From Paraspadella gotoi (taxonomy: Eukaryota > Animalia > Chaetognatha): a stretch of 64,000 nucleotides of DNA. Location of the stretch: NCBI GenBank assembly GCA_051294375.1, contig CM119267.1, forward strand, positions 11,915,553-11,979,552, read 5' to 3'. Shown in pieces: positions 1 to 12,654 of this stretch (positions are counted from its first letter, which is position 1; each line of letters starts with the position of its first letter). Below the pieces are notes generated by a model. It worked only from the letters and a program-made list of their open reading frames with translations. It made no database searches and was not told where the DNA came from. A program made the translations under genes and the position numbers.

Positions 1-41
1 TTTAGCCTAATTATAATTTGAATTAAGTGATCCCGGACCTT

Positions 42-85
<44 letters not shown>
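42..85. repeat. (GA)n microsatellite
   Basis: Direct GA run. Similar GA/CT tracts at about 9410-9524, 14906-14998, 19978-20099, 21623-21710, 23775-23895, 27030-27315, 28420-28520, 29250-29880, 30517-30640 and 31990-32278. Confidence 0.95.
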
Positions 86-89
<4 letters not shown>

Positions 90-665
90 TAAGGTAAATA
101 ATCTTTTAAATTGTTTCTTTAGATGCAGCTACAGAGCTTTTATAATGCAATATTTATTATTTTTAAAATCATCTACTTACCTTGTTTCTATAAGTTTTTT
201 AATTGATTTAATGATAATCTATTGAATAGCAACCATTTTTTTCTGGCTTAATGATTCAATAGCTCAAAACTTTAAATAATAAAATTTATACTTCAAAATA
301 ATTAACATATTTTTATTAATTTTTTTCTTTTTTTTAATATATACATTTTTATTTTATTGATGCACTTATTTTATACAAAATTAAAATTTAAATAATTTAA
401 ATCAATTTAAAATATTTTTCTATGCATTTCTTTTAATACAATTCATTCAAAAATATAAAACTTAATTTAAAAATTAAAAAAATTAAAAACTAAGACTCAT
501 GTTTTGCAAAAAAAGTTTATAAAAATTGAATTCGAAATATAGTATCATAAATGGTAAGAACTTATCTTTGACATTGTTATCTCAGAAATAATATTTAGGA
601 ACACATTTCCGCACAATATGTAAAAGTTAACCGACAGTACCATTAGGACACACTGTAATACAGTT

Positions 666-712
666 GTGAGTGGATATCCAACATACAGTCTGTATGTTGG
701 ATATCCACTCAC
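666..712. repeat. Perfect 47-bp palindrome (23-bp arms, 1-nt spacer)
   Basis: GTGAGTGGATATCCAACATACAG-T-CTGTATGTTGGATATCCACTCAC; arms are exact reverse complements. Confidence 0.97.
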
Positions 713-732
713 GATCTCAATCAGATTCGTAC

Positions 733-849
733 CTCTCGCAAATCCCATTTTGTATTCACTCCACGTATTTTTCTCCGTAAAAACCTTCGCTTCTTCCGAA
801 TACACGTTGTGCCACAGAAATGGGATGAAAGTGTGTTTGATCGGAGACA
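733..849 (-). CDS. Probable internal exon with a fibrinogen-related-domain-like motif
   Basis: Pyrimidine-rich ...CTGACAG acceptor and GAG|GTACGA donor. Encodes ...FTEKNTWSEYKMGFAR, resembling the FReD motif FxRxWxxYKxGFG. Single motif only. Confidence 0.4.
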
Positions 850-2959
850 CTGTCAGAGGGAGAAAAGTTATATTTTACTTACTATTTACTTTACTATTAC
901 GCTTTATTATTTTTCCCCTTTTTTTCACCGCATTCATCAACGACGACCTTAAACGATTTCAAAAATCTTTTCATCTTTTTCACGTTTATCGCCCTTTCAC
1001 AAGAGCATCATTAATTCATTATTATCATTAATTTAATTCTTTTACTGTCATCATGAATGCTCTCCTGCGAAGAGAAGATTGCCGTGTCCATCATCGAGAA
1101 ATTTGTTCTCATCATCGGAGTAATCGTTGTCATCATCGCGGGCGTCGTCGTCATCATTACTGAAAAATAAATATTAAAACTGACGAAAACTGGTCAATTT
1201 AAGCGACGAATTAAGTTATTGAGCTAAAGTTTCATGCGAGGAAAAAAAATAATTAAAATAGAGGTTCTCACTCATTTCTTTTTTCTGTTTTAACATCGAC
1301 TTCAGCTTTACGTTTTCCTTCTCCAAAATCTCGCTTCTTTTCAACGCCTTACTTACCGAAGAGACGGTACGTCGCACCTAGATAGGAAACTTTCCGTTTA
1401 ATAATTAATCCTCTCTTTTAACATTATCAAAACAGTTCATCTACCTTCGTAATGCTAATTTTCACTAACCACTTTAGAGCATTTCTCTTCCATCTTTGTA
1501 ATAGTAAGTAGAATATCCTGAAGTCGAATAAATTCTAAGTAAGATTTGGAGAAAGGGATTTTTCAACTTTATATTGAATAAAATTTTAATAAAAACTTCA
1601 TAAAAATTTTCTAAAGAATACTGCTTTTAATATTTAGCGGAGAAGCACATAGGTTCCGCCTATAAACGTCGCATTTAGCAAAAAAGCAACTCTTTCCAAT
1701 CTTGTTCAGTTGTTACTTACAATATTAATTTGATTTCTACCAAAATACAAATTGGGATGAACTAGGGGTTGGTTGAAATCATATCCACCCATTTCAAATG
1801 TTAAAAAAGTACAATTTTTGCAACATTTAGGAGAAAAAATCATATCCATTTTTGTCCATTTTCACTTTCGTCTTCTGATTACAGTGCCAAGGAAAGTTGA
1901 GAAAATTTTTTTACTTTGGAAATTCGTTCTTCCTTATCTTCTTTACCTCTGGGTAAATTTATTTCCTTAAATCATTTCTAGTTTGCCTATGAATTAATTT
2001 AAAAGTTTACAAGTCAAAAAGTGTCATTTTCAGTTTTTATTATAATTTGTTAAATGAAAATAGAGCAAATTTGTTTAAATTAACATAAAATATAGGCTAT
2101 TGAATAAGCTTTTAACACCTATAAAATTATCCAAAAAATTTTTTTGGTTTAGCCTCAAATAATTTTTAAAGACGTCTTTTAATTTGTGACTTTTTATGTC
2201 TTGCATTTATTTTTGATAAAGAGAATATTTTCAACTCATTTATTAGTTTTAAAAGATGAGGTACATACTGACCTTGATTAATTAAAAAAAACCGCATCCT
2301 TTTAACCCAATGGAAAGCGTCAGGACTTATTTTTTCTCAGAATCGAAAGATTATCCGCAAAATCTGTCGATATAATAAATTTGCTAGGCAACCAAAATTG
2401 AAAGAAAAATCATGCGCTACCGTTCATTTTCTTTCTTATAATGAATCAAAGAATTTTCATTGATTTGATTCAATCTAAATGAAGAAAATAAGTGATAAGA
2501 AAGAGGAAAGGGAGAACAAGAAGAGGAGAAGGGGAAGATGAGAGAGAATGAGGTGAAAAAAGGAAAAAGAGAAGGCAAAGGGGATAAAAGTAGAGAGATA
2601 AAGGTAAGGCGAGAAAGGGGGAGGAAATTGAAAGAAAAAGAAAGGGAAGGAGAAAATAAAAAAAAAGATAAGGAAAGTGGAAAAGAAGCAGGGAAAGGTT
2701 GGGAGTAAAAAAATGGAAAGTGAAGACGTAAGATGAAAGGGAGGAAAAAGGGTTAGAAAAAATGAAAAGCTGTGAAGAAGAAAGGTAACGAGAAAGAATA
2801 ACAGAGAGGATATGAGAGGTGTAATAAAAAAGTAGGGGACGACTTTTTTCTGTTAAATAGATCAATTATTAGCGTAGAAAAGGTTAAAATATATAATACG
2901 TTAAAATATTTACGTTAAGTATTAATTTTCATGCTATTTATAAATCACTATTAATTATT

Positions 2960-3545
2960 TGCTTGCTTTTGGAAAAGCTACAAACTTCCTTATTTGGTTA
3001 TGATTAAAAAGCAATAGCTTTTGCAAAAGCAAACGATTGCCTTATTTGGGCATTTTAAATGCGCATATTAGCTTTTAGATAAGCCAAAAATTACCTTATT
3101 AGGAAATTTTAAAAACAACAGTAGCTTTTGGAAAAGCAAAATTAGCTTTTGGGAAAGCAAAATCTAGCTTTAGGGAGAGCTAAACATTTTATTTGGGTAT
3201 CTTCAAAGCAAAAAGTTAGCTTTTGGGAAAGCAAAATATAGCTTTAGGGAAAGCTAAACATTTCCTTATTTGGGCAATTTAAAAGCGTGTTAGCTTTGGG
3301 AAAAGCTAGACATTTCCTTATTTGGGCATTTTAAAGGCGTGTTTGCGTTGGGAAAAGCTAGATATTCCCTTATTTGGGCATTTTTAAAGGGTGTTAGCTT
3401 TGGGAAAAGCTAGATATTACCTTATTTGGGCATTTTATAGGCGTGTTAGCTTTGGGAAAAGCTAGACATTACCTTATTTGGGAATTTTAAAACGACAATT
3501 AGCTTTGGAAAAAGCTAAATATTTCCTTATTTGGGCATAATTTTA
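2960..3545. repeat. 52-bp minisatellite with an internal hairpin
   Basis: CCTTATTTGGG recurs at 3264, 3316, 3368, 3420, 3472 and 3525. Units contain TAGCTTT-GGGA-AAAGCTA or close variants. More degenerate units lie upstream. Confidence 0.9.
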
Positions 3546-4424
3546 GCAAATTAGAAAGCAAAATTTTGGCTCTTTAAGAAAGCAAAATATTGGCTCTTTA
3601 AGAAAGCAAGATCTTAATCTAGTCACGTGACCAACTTGAGGGCTATAAAATAGGAGTCTACGTCGTTCTTAGAGATCGAGGAAGACTTTTTCAATGGAGA
3701 TTTTCGTTCAAATCTGACTACCAAACAATATAAATGCTCCTGGTAAAAATTCCAGTAAAATATCGATGTAAAACACTGATTCCGATCCTGTTGCATCTGA
3801 AGGGCTCGCATTTTTTTTCTCTTGTCAAATCATCATCATCTTGATATCAAACAAGCCAGAACAAATAGACTGCTTCTGGACAGAAAAATTTTTCATCTCT
3901 GATTTTATATAGAAATGAAAGGGATTTTTTCCTTGAAAACGATATAAATGTGACTGAGGTATGTTCCTGTTCAACTAATGAGGTCCAATTTTGGAATCCT
4001 TTGGCAAAGTGTCTGAAGGGCTCTCAAAATTTTTCTTTACATTTTATTTGGTTATTTTGATATGATACGATCATGGTGAAGTGAATTAGTCCATTTTGGT
4101 GAAATTTTTATTTAAAGTAAAAGTAAAAGAGGAGCTAACGATCGGAATTCTAAGAGTTTTCAACCTGGAGTCAGATTCGGGAAAAATCTTCTATGGCGAA
4201 AATCTTCCAAAAAAGGGAGTGGATTTTTCGAAGATTTTGGTTAATATTTTCTATATTTATGGTCGGATTTTTTTGAAACTTAATATTAACAATATTGCCA
4301 TCATTCTACTTTGGCCGGTATAAGAATATATTCAAAAAACCTTGGGCTTTGTTCGTCAGAGCTTAGTCCTATATAAAAGCAAGAGCGTTCAGAGCATCAG
4401 GGGAGTCACATACGTCCCTCCTTG

Positions 4425-4642
4425 AAAGCTAGACTCCCTCTGACAATAGTCAGAAAAATAAAAAGGTGGTTAAAAACTCTGACAATAGTCAGAAAAATAA
4501 GAAGGTGGTTAAAAACTCTGACAATAGTCAGAAAAATAAAGGGTCCTTGGCCAGGAGTGCCTGACGGGAAAGGCCTGGAGCGCCTTAGCATACTAAAGGG
4601 ACCCTGGAAGGAACTTAGTGACGGACAAGGGAGTCTTGCTTT
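4425..4642. repeat. Small foldback element with a 39-bp tandem repeat
   Basis: AAAGCTAGACTCCCT (4425-4439) and AGGGAGTCTTGCTTT (4628-4642) are inverted with 1 mismatch. About 2.5 copies of CTCTGACAATAGTCAGAAAAATAARAAGGTGGTTAAAAA lie inside. Confidence 0.65.
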
Positions 4643-6879
4643 TTTAAGTTATAGAATTTTACTTGGGAAGTACTATGTCATAAGAGGAAGATAACTAGAG
4701 CCTACCGTTTTTTTAAATGAAGAAAGATTCATACTAGTCAGAGAGATGATCGTAATTTAAGTTCAGATTCCATTGTCTAAAAGAGTCTGATTGTAGGCGG
4801 AACCCATAGTATTTAAATTGACAAATATTAACCCACTATAGCCTGTCCTAAGTCATGGGCCAGTTAGCTTATCGAATGAACAGGCAATTTTTATATTGAT
4901 TGCATCTCTTTATAATACTTTATTTAATAAGTGAGTTTTACCTTTAAACACAATCATCTTCGGCGGATTTAGCGACCACTGAAAATATTGAAAACCAAAT
5001 TTTAAAATACACAACTAACATAGTGACCCTATTTTTTTGGTCAAAATCAATAGAGCATTGACTCTAAGCCATTTCGAGCAGATACTTTTACTGGGATCAT
5101 TCCCTGACGAAGAAGATAATTATTCAGAAAGAAGTCAGCGGTTTTTAGTCGGATCTGCTTATCGACTCTATAATTCACTTTGTCGGTCCGTCTCAATCTT
5201 GTCGGGCACTCAATTATATCATGTCAGAACATCGAATTATGATAATTATGCAAAAATAATGATTGCCCGTCCGTACGTGTAATGTAATCAGTAATGTTGA
5301 GAGTTAAATAATTAAAAAAATCGCCTATTTTAATATTAAAAAATATCATCAAAGTGAAGAAGTTGAACGTCTTCCAGCTCTTTTCAGTAAACATCCCAGT
5401 TCTCTAAATTAAGATAATGTTTATTTTTTACTGGTGGAAAAGAAAGATAAATACTTAGGTTGTGATGGGATGAATAATATTTTGTAGAATTTTGTAAGCA
5501 TACTTGTAAAATCAGACAAGCAGATTTTAAGTGATAAAAAATTTATATTATCTTTATTCAAAAAACTTTAAAGTTTTACTAGAGTACAATTTAGCCTTTT
5601 TTCTTTCAGAATTATTAAAAATAATTATTCTGTAATGTATCCAATTTTCAAATTTATTATAATTTTTACTAAGATTGGCACTTGTCCTGTAAAGATGTTT
5701 CAACCAAAAATATTTCAGAATTGAACCTTGAAGGAGCCCTGTGATTGTGGCTTTAATTTGATACTATTTTCATCCAAATAAACCAATTCCCTCAAAAGAT
5801 ATTAAGGAAATTCAAGTTTTTTTCTCAAATTTTAATTTCTTTTAAAATAAAAATCTCGTGATGAAAACTGAACCACTTCATTTAAATATGATCGTTTTGT
5901 GTCAAAAACATCACCAAATGAAAAAGAAAAATAGGTTGAGGAATTCAAATATAAGGCTATCAGAATTTTAATTTATAACCCTAACATACCGAAATCACGT
6001 TTGTAATTTTAAAAAAGTGAAATTTCCCTTTCATTTCTATAGAAAAACGAGATTTGAAAATCCTCCAGAGATGAGTAATCCATTTCTCCAGACTTGTGTG
6101 ATAGAAAATTCTTTATATTTTGTATTTGTTAGCGTCTTTAATTGATTATGCGTGTTGAATTTTATTTTATTGTTGCTAGTAGTCTTATTATATTTTATGG
6201 TTGTTTAGCGTTTTGGTCCCTATTTTGGGAGCTAAAATGATTTTGAACAGTTACATTTACTGTTAAAATTTTCAAAATTTAATTTTTACATTTTTACATC
6301 ATTAAGCTCCTGATTTGTCTTTTAATATCTTTAACGTTTTAAGAAAGTTTTATTTTAAGGTTATAACATTTAATTTTATAACATTTTATGTTTTTGTTGT
6401 TTTTGTTTTTGCGTATTATTTTTAAACGTTTTATTAACATTGCTTCCGTTTTATACTTTCATTTTTTATTGTTTCTGTTTTTTATGATATTAACATCTGA
6501 TCTTTGAACGATACATTTTATAGTTTTTTATGAATTAGTTCATAACATTAAAAAAATGAAATATTACATCTTTATCAGTGTTTTTCTGGGTTCCAGTCTT
6601 TTACGCTGTTATTTATACCGTTACCGATACCATTCTAGTCTTTTTAAACTGTTGTTGATACCATTACTGTTATTGTATTGTTTTAATATCGTTTTTGATA
6701 TTAAAAAAAAATGTTTACAGTTTTCCAGTCTTTTACACTGTCAAAGTTTTTTTAGTTGTCTTGACTAAATTTTTAAGCAATTATTTTTATTTTTAAATTT
6801 ACATTATACGTCTTGATAAATACATTAAATATTACTTATCTTTTTTCACATTATAAATTCTTTTTTAGAAATCTTAAAA

Positions 6880-7305
6880 TTTTTTGATGGATTCTGATAG
6901 AGCATAAAAAGTTAAACAAGAAATATAATTACAGCTTTTAAAAATTCTTACATTTTCTAAGTAAAAATATAAAAAACTGATAAAATCATTGAAAGATGAT
7001 GATGGTGATGATTTTTTACGGTTTTTTTTTTTTTAATTTTGACTCACTTATCATGAAAATATTTAAAAAAGAATTACACTTTGTGTAGACAACTTTTTAT
7101 GAGCTATCTGAATCTTAAAATTTAAAATTTAAAAATTATCCAAAAAAATTTTGGCCTTTCCTATCTATAAATAAATATTAAAAAATAAATTATTTGGGTA
7201 TAGAGCCATATAAGAAATGTTTTGTCCATTGAAAGTATACTTCAAAATGTATAAATTTACGTTTGAGCATGTAATCATTCTAAATTTTTGACTCACCCCA
7301 TAATC
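6880..7305. mobile_element. Dispersed repeat family A, partial copy
   Basis: Shares GGATTCTGATAGAGCATAAAAAGTTAAA, AAGAATTAYACTTTGTGTAGACAACTTTTT and GCCTTTCCTATYTATAAATA with copies at 14012-14265 (inverted), 39383-39985, 48370-48723 and 49738-50210. Confidence 0.85.
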
Positions 7306-8386
7306 AAATGTCACAAGAGCAAAAAGTCGAGCTCTTGAGATGCGTGCGTTTTTACAACTGTTTTCTACCGGAATTTTTTGCAGGTCCGTTTGTAAAGTTG
7401 GGCAGTCAGATTCGAACGGAAAGCTCTATTAGAAAAATGTTGAATTTTTTTTTAAAGGAGATTTTTGCCTACCTTATTGGGTGGTTCCTGATCTCTAAGT
7501 TCTTCGCCTTCCTGAAACGAAAAATATTGTTATTATTTTTTGGTGCATCGGTCCGAGGTTGGTCGGTCATATCGGTTAGACCTTTGTAATATTAGGTTAT
7601 TGAGTCAGTCGGTCATCATTTATCGATTCCTAATATACCTCTGTCTCTCCGTCCATATCCGCTTTCACTTTTGTTAACCCTGAAACAAATAAACCGAACT
7701 GTTAAAGACACTGAAAAGGGAATAACAAATTTCGCTGCCCTTTAAAAAAGATATTTTAAAAAACCTTACCGGCGACGAAAACACCGACAAAAAATAGCAG
7801 ACAAAATGTCTTCATTTTTTTGGGGGGGTTTTTTCAAGCAACGAAATCGTAGCTCAGTTAAAATAAAAAAAAAAACTTTAAAAAAAGGGGAAAAAATAGA
7901 TAAATTAAAAAAACTGCTTAAAGGAATTTTCTTAAATGAATTTATAGACGAATATTTTTGATGCCGTTGGTCTAAGTATAATCGTAAATACTAACTAGCG
8001 AAAGAGATACTATCGCGATAATTATTGTGACTATCTTGATATTTATGATTATGATACGATACCTTTGTTTGGTTAATGTCAACCGGCTATTACAGGAAAT
8101 GACAGTAAAATCTTCCGAATCGTTTTTCGCTGTTACTATTAAATTACGATTATTTCTTTACTTTTTTAAGATGCTACAACTATTTATTTATTAATACACG
8201 TATTACTATTTCTTATCAATTACTGCTAGTCTTCCCTTGCCGAAATACTTTCAACGCGATTCCTTCCCCACTCCCATTTTCCGTTTAGCGATCATCTTCC
8301 TGTTAACCCAAGGCGAAATGCAATAGCGGCTCGCAAAAAAAAAAGGCATGAGCATTAAGTAACATTCCAACATGACTTCAAATCAC

Positions 8387-8820
8387 CTCGTCGCTCCTCC
8401 ACTCTCACTTTCGCTTTTCCCCCCCTCACCCGTACTGTCCGGGGCCGTCACGGACATGCTGACGTCGTGACACGTGAACTTTGGAAAGGACGGATGAAGA
8501 CGCACGGGAAGAAACTGCAGCAAGATGAAGGAGTCGCTGGGCACGACGATCGTCCACACGCAGCGGATGGGCCGCACCGGTTGGGACCACGTTATGGGTG
8601 AGTAAATGAGGCCGCCGACGCCGGAAGGCGTGCCGAGATGTTGGCCGCAGTGGCCGCTGTAGGCGGATGAGGGGTTGAGGAGGAGAGGGAGTAGAGGAAG
8701 AAGGAAAGGGAGGAAAGGAGGAAGACGATACGAGGAAGACGACGAGGGAATTTGGTGGACGGAAAGACGGCGAGACGACGGGTTGAAGGAGAAATAAATC
8801 TCTTTTGTCGGACGTTTCAT
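8387..8820 (-). CDS. First coding exon of a CUB-domain secreted/membrane protein
   Basis: Hydrophobic LPPFLPFLLPLLPLLL, then CGQHL..SG..GLIYSP...CVWTIVVP..FILLQF...C.D, matching the CUB pattern. AG|GTGATT donor at 8386. A possible next exon starting RYC lies near 8330; downstream structure unresolved. Confidence 0.7.
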
Positions 8821-9408
8821 TGTTAATTTTATTATTTTATTGTTTTTTGTGGTAATTTTTCGTCGTTTTTTTTATTCTTGATAATCTTTTTTAAAAATCT
8901 GAAAATCAAGGTTTTTTTTCAAATATCACGCTTCTATAATCTATAGTGTACGTGAACGCATTGCGTCAGCAAAATTTGAAGCCACGTTGAAACAAAGAAG
9001 AGATCGACGAAGACGACGCTCTCAAAGACGATTGGTGAACATTGGTGAACATTCACAAGCAAATCTAAAAAATTCCAAGAATGTTCACAATTGAGTTCAC
9101 ATGAGTTCAATGATATTAATTTTACTTCCAAAAACGCTCTTTGTAACTCGTAAACAATGGATAAATATTTGATTTGTTTTTGTCGTTACGAAAGCTAAAA
9201 ACGAAAAAGGAACAACTCTCTCTTGCGTGCTTTTTCAGACGGCGCGTCAGCGTGAGCGAACTCGCGTCCCTCGTGACACGCGCGCGAAGATAGCGGTGAA
9301 CTCCGGCGCGAGACGCCAAACGCAAGAGAATGTGACTCACGAGAGACGAGATCGAATGACGGGTGAATGTCTCTTGCACGATTGCGTAAGGAAAAGGAGG
9401 GGAGAATT

Positions 9409-9528
<120 letters not shown>

Positions 9529-10114
9529 CATAATGATAATCGGATGGGAGAACTACGTCTTGGTCAGCATTCGATGCAAGAGAAAGACGGAAGAGAGAGA
9601 TAATAAACATGATTACTTTATGTGGGTTTCGTAGTCGCAGATGTTGCTCTTGCTTACGTATTTATAATTTTCTAAAGGTCATCGCTTTTCTTGTTGCCGT
9701 TACGGTCACAGTCATTTCAAGGAAGATGTAATTTTTGTTACACGTTGTAATTAAGCGAATTTTTTTTACCTCCTTCATTCAATTTTGCGTCACATTTTCA
9801 CGTCGAATCTCGTCCAAATCTAATTCTCCTTCCGCTCCCCGCTCCCCGCGCCACGCTAGGCTGACGCGGGCACCCTCCAATCTCTCGCTCTCGTTCTCTC
9901 CGCCCCCGCGACACGAAAAAGAACCAGATAACCAGGAAAACCAATATGCGAACGGCGAAAACACTGCAGCAGCGATATGCCGCCGCTGCGGGGGCGGCGG
10001 TGTTCGGCGGAACAGCAGCTTGTCCTCGTCGTCGTTACAGTGGGCGTCGTTTACAGAAAACGTCGACATCATAGACTCGTTTCGGCTAAATCCATCGGCG
10101 GTCGAGAGATCCCC

Positions 10115-11066
10115 ATTGGCCCAACGTCATTACCACGGATTTTTTTTGTGTTCATATTCTTTACGTAAATCATCCCGGCGATCTCATTGGCTGACTAGAA
10201 AAGGAAACTGAAATAGTTGATTGGTCAGTTATTCCATTGGCTTAGTTTTGGAGAGCGATGATTGGTCCGAAACAATTCACTTACTAACGAGGAGAGTGGA
10301 ATGAAGAAAACGAGGGGCGTGTTGGGTTCTCACGAATCCTGCGTTGACCTTCAATTTGATAAAGATTATTTCGAAATCCATTTCCATCGTCCATGAAACC
10401 GATTCTTAGGTCTAAGACATTTCACCTTCTCTCTTAGAAAATTCAATCAATATAAATCTAAATTTATTCCGAACTCATTGTTGAGGCACTGCTTCCAAAA
10501 AAAATTATCCTGTCTAATCAATTGGAAAAGTACAACCAAAGTGGAAGATGTCGCTTCCTGTCTCCGTCGAGCTCTCACTTTTCCCTTATTTAAATGTTCA
10601 CTCCTCCCCCTACACGCCCATTTCACATTTTTCACAATCGGGCCCCAAAAAAGAGCTGCTACCGCTCACGTGCGAAGAGAAAAAAAAAACCTTTAAAACC
10701 TCTCTTCGCATAATTTAGGCCCAGCTTGTCCCTTGAAATGCCTATTACATCCTTTCCTCCCTTTACCCGGATGTAACTAGAGGACGAGTCGACACGATCT
10801 TCTCCCTTTTTGCACGGCGGCGACGTCGTCGTTGCCATTTTTCGCACGCGCTTTGGTCGTCTTTGATGACGACGTCGCCCGGTTTCGGAATTCTTACCTC
10901 TGTTTGTTCAACGTTAATAACTCGTTTTCCGCGATCTGATTGGCCGGAGCCGTCGTTTCCTGAATAGCGATTGGACAACGCCGAATTGGGGTCTTCCATA
11001 CCGCAAAATAAAACCGAGAAACGCGACGCGATTGGTCGAACGCATCAAATTTCGCTCGTTCATTGG
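10115..11066. promoter_or_regulatory. Probable bidirectional CpG-rich promoter with CCAAT (NF-Y) clusters
   Basis: ATTGG at 10115, 10186, 10220, 10236, 10261 and at 10939, 10970, 11031, 11062, between divergent minus- and plus-strand exons. Confidence 0.55.
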
Positions 11067-11230
11067 TCGAAAGCGGCGAAACGTATCTTTTGCGGTGTCT
11101 CTCTCTCTTTTTTTTTTAACCGCGGACGCGCGTGAGAGAAGGAGATAGAGAGAGACAGAGACACCAGCTCCAAGCGACGCCGAGTTTCCAGGGTTTCGTA
11201 GTGAGATTCTACAGTTCTTTTCTCCGAAGG

Positions 11231-12149
11231 ATGTCCTCGGCCTCCTTCCGTTCATCCTCAGCCAGCGCTTCCACCTTTTCACTTCTGCTCGCCGATCACT
11301 ACGAAGACAGGCTCAGGTGAGTACTAACTGGCAGTGGAATGTCCTAGAAGTCAAATCGGGGTATAAATAGTTTAAATTAACGACGCCAATTCTCTATACT
11401 ACTTTCTCACAACGTGAGGGAAAAAATCTCAAAAAAAAAAAAAGACCAAAAAAAGAATCAAATTCCTTTTTACAAAAAGGTAACCAAAACGAGTGGTGCG
11501 TTTTAACTTTTTATGTGCATAAGCGCCTCGACGTGAGCTGCATAAGCGCAACTCGCTACCTGCAAAAAGTGCTCCCCCTTTTTCCCCATTGGCCTTGAGC
11601 AGAAATAACACGAACGGAAGCATTTTTTCCATTTTTTTCCTTCACCATTTTTTCTTCTTTTTTCTCTTCGTTTCTTGTTTTTTTTTTTTTTTTTTGAGAA
11701 TCGATTAGCGAAGAAATTTTGAATGTTTTTGAAAGTCGTTTAAAGACAGGCAAAGTTTCGCGAAAACTGCGCTGTGTTTCTGATATCTCTGGATATTTTC
11801 CCCCCATATTTTCTTCTTTACTATCCCACATGTAATTTTTAGCCTTTTAGATATGCTTTTCAAAGCATCCATTAAATGAATTCGATTTCACCTCCGCATT
11901 AAACCATCCCCCAACCCTCCTAACTCTTTTACCAGACGCGAACGACCCACCCTCCTCCTCCCTTCCACCTTCTGGCGTCTCTTCGGCTTCTGGATCCTCG
12001 CCTCGATCCTCTTCGTCATCGGCGTCGTCGTCGTCGAAACGATCGTCGAGTTTCACCCGCAGATCGCCGAGGTCTTTGCCTCCTTCTCCAAGACCCATTT
12101 GGGGTTGGGTACCGAAGGATTGGGGACCAGGGACTTTGGGATCGACTGA
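11231..12149 (+). CDS. Spliced 99-aa single-pass membrane microprotein, unknown family
   Basis: Exon 11231-11316 (AG|GTGAGT, phase 2) joins exon 11936-12149 (CCTAAC branch point, ACCAG acceptor) in frame: MSSASFRSSSASASTFSLLLADHYEDRLRRERPTLLLPSTFWRLFGFWILASILFVIGVVVVETIVEFHPQIAEVFASFSKTHLGLGTEGLGTRDFGID*. Codons are C/G-ending like neighbouring genes. Confidence 0.65.
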
Positions 12150-12654
12150 GAGGCTCCGTCCGGGTTTTCGCCTCAAGTCTGGTTTTCTTTCTCCACGTCG
12201 CGTTGTTGAGGAGACGCTTATCTCGAATCCGCCCCAACGCCGTCGTCCGCGTCTTGGTCCGCGATCCGCCCGTCTTCCGTCGGCTCTCGTCTCGAATCCG
12301 CCATGTTGGAATCGTCGTTGGTGGCGCTCTGCTTTATGTTCGCGATCATCGCGTTTTTCTTCGCACTTCATAAGTAAACTTTGTTTTCACCCTTTGTTTT
12401 AGTTTTTATGTTGTTATGTTTATGTTTTTAGTTCTTATGTTTTTATTACATTTTTACCTATTCTTGTTTCGTTTTGGTCTTATCTCTATATCTTCCTTGC
12501 GTTTTTTTTTGGGGGGGGAGAGGGCAGAAGGAAGATAGAAAGTTCCTTCTTGCGTCGACATTCTTTTACCTTAATCCTATCCTTTCCTTCCCTTTCCACT
12601 CCCTTTCCACCCCCGCCTCCTATGTTTCCCCTCCCCCTTTCTTCTTTCCAAAAG

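Noticed and set aside
3240-3545. CRISPR-like regular repeats with hairpins
   Set aside because: Units are contiguous with no unique spacers, there are no cas genes, and the context is eukaryotic.
8460-8600. Plus-strand exon-like stretch ending in G|GTGAGT
   Set aside because: It is the antisense of the CUB exon, which has a clear domain pattern.
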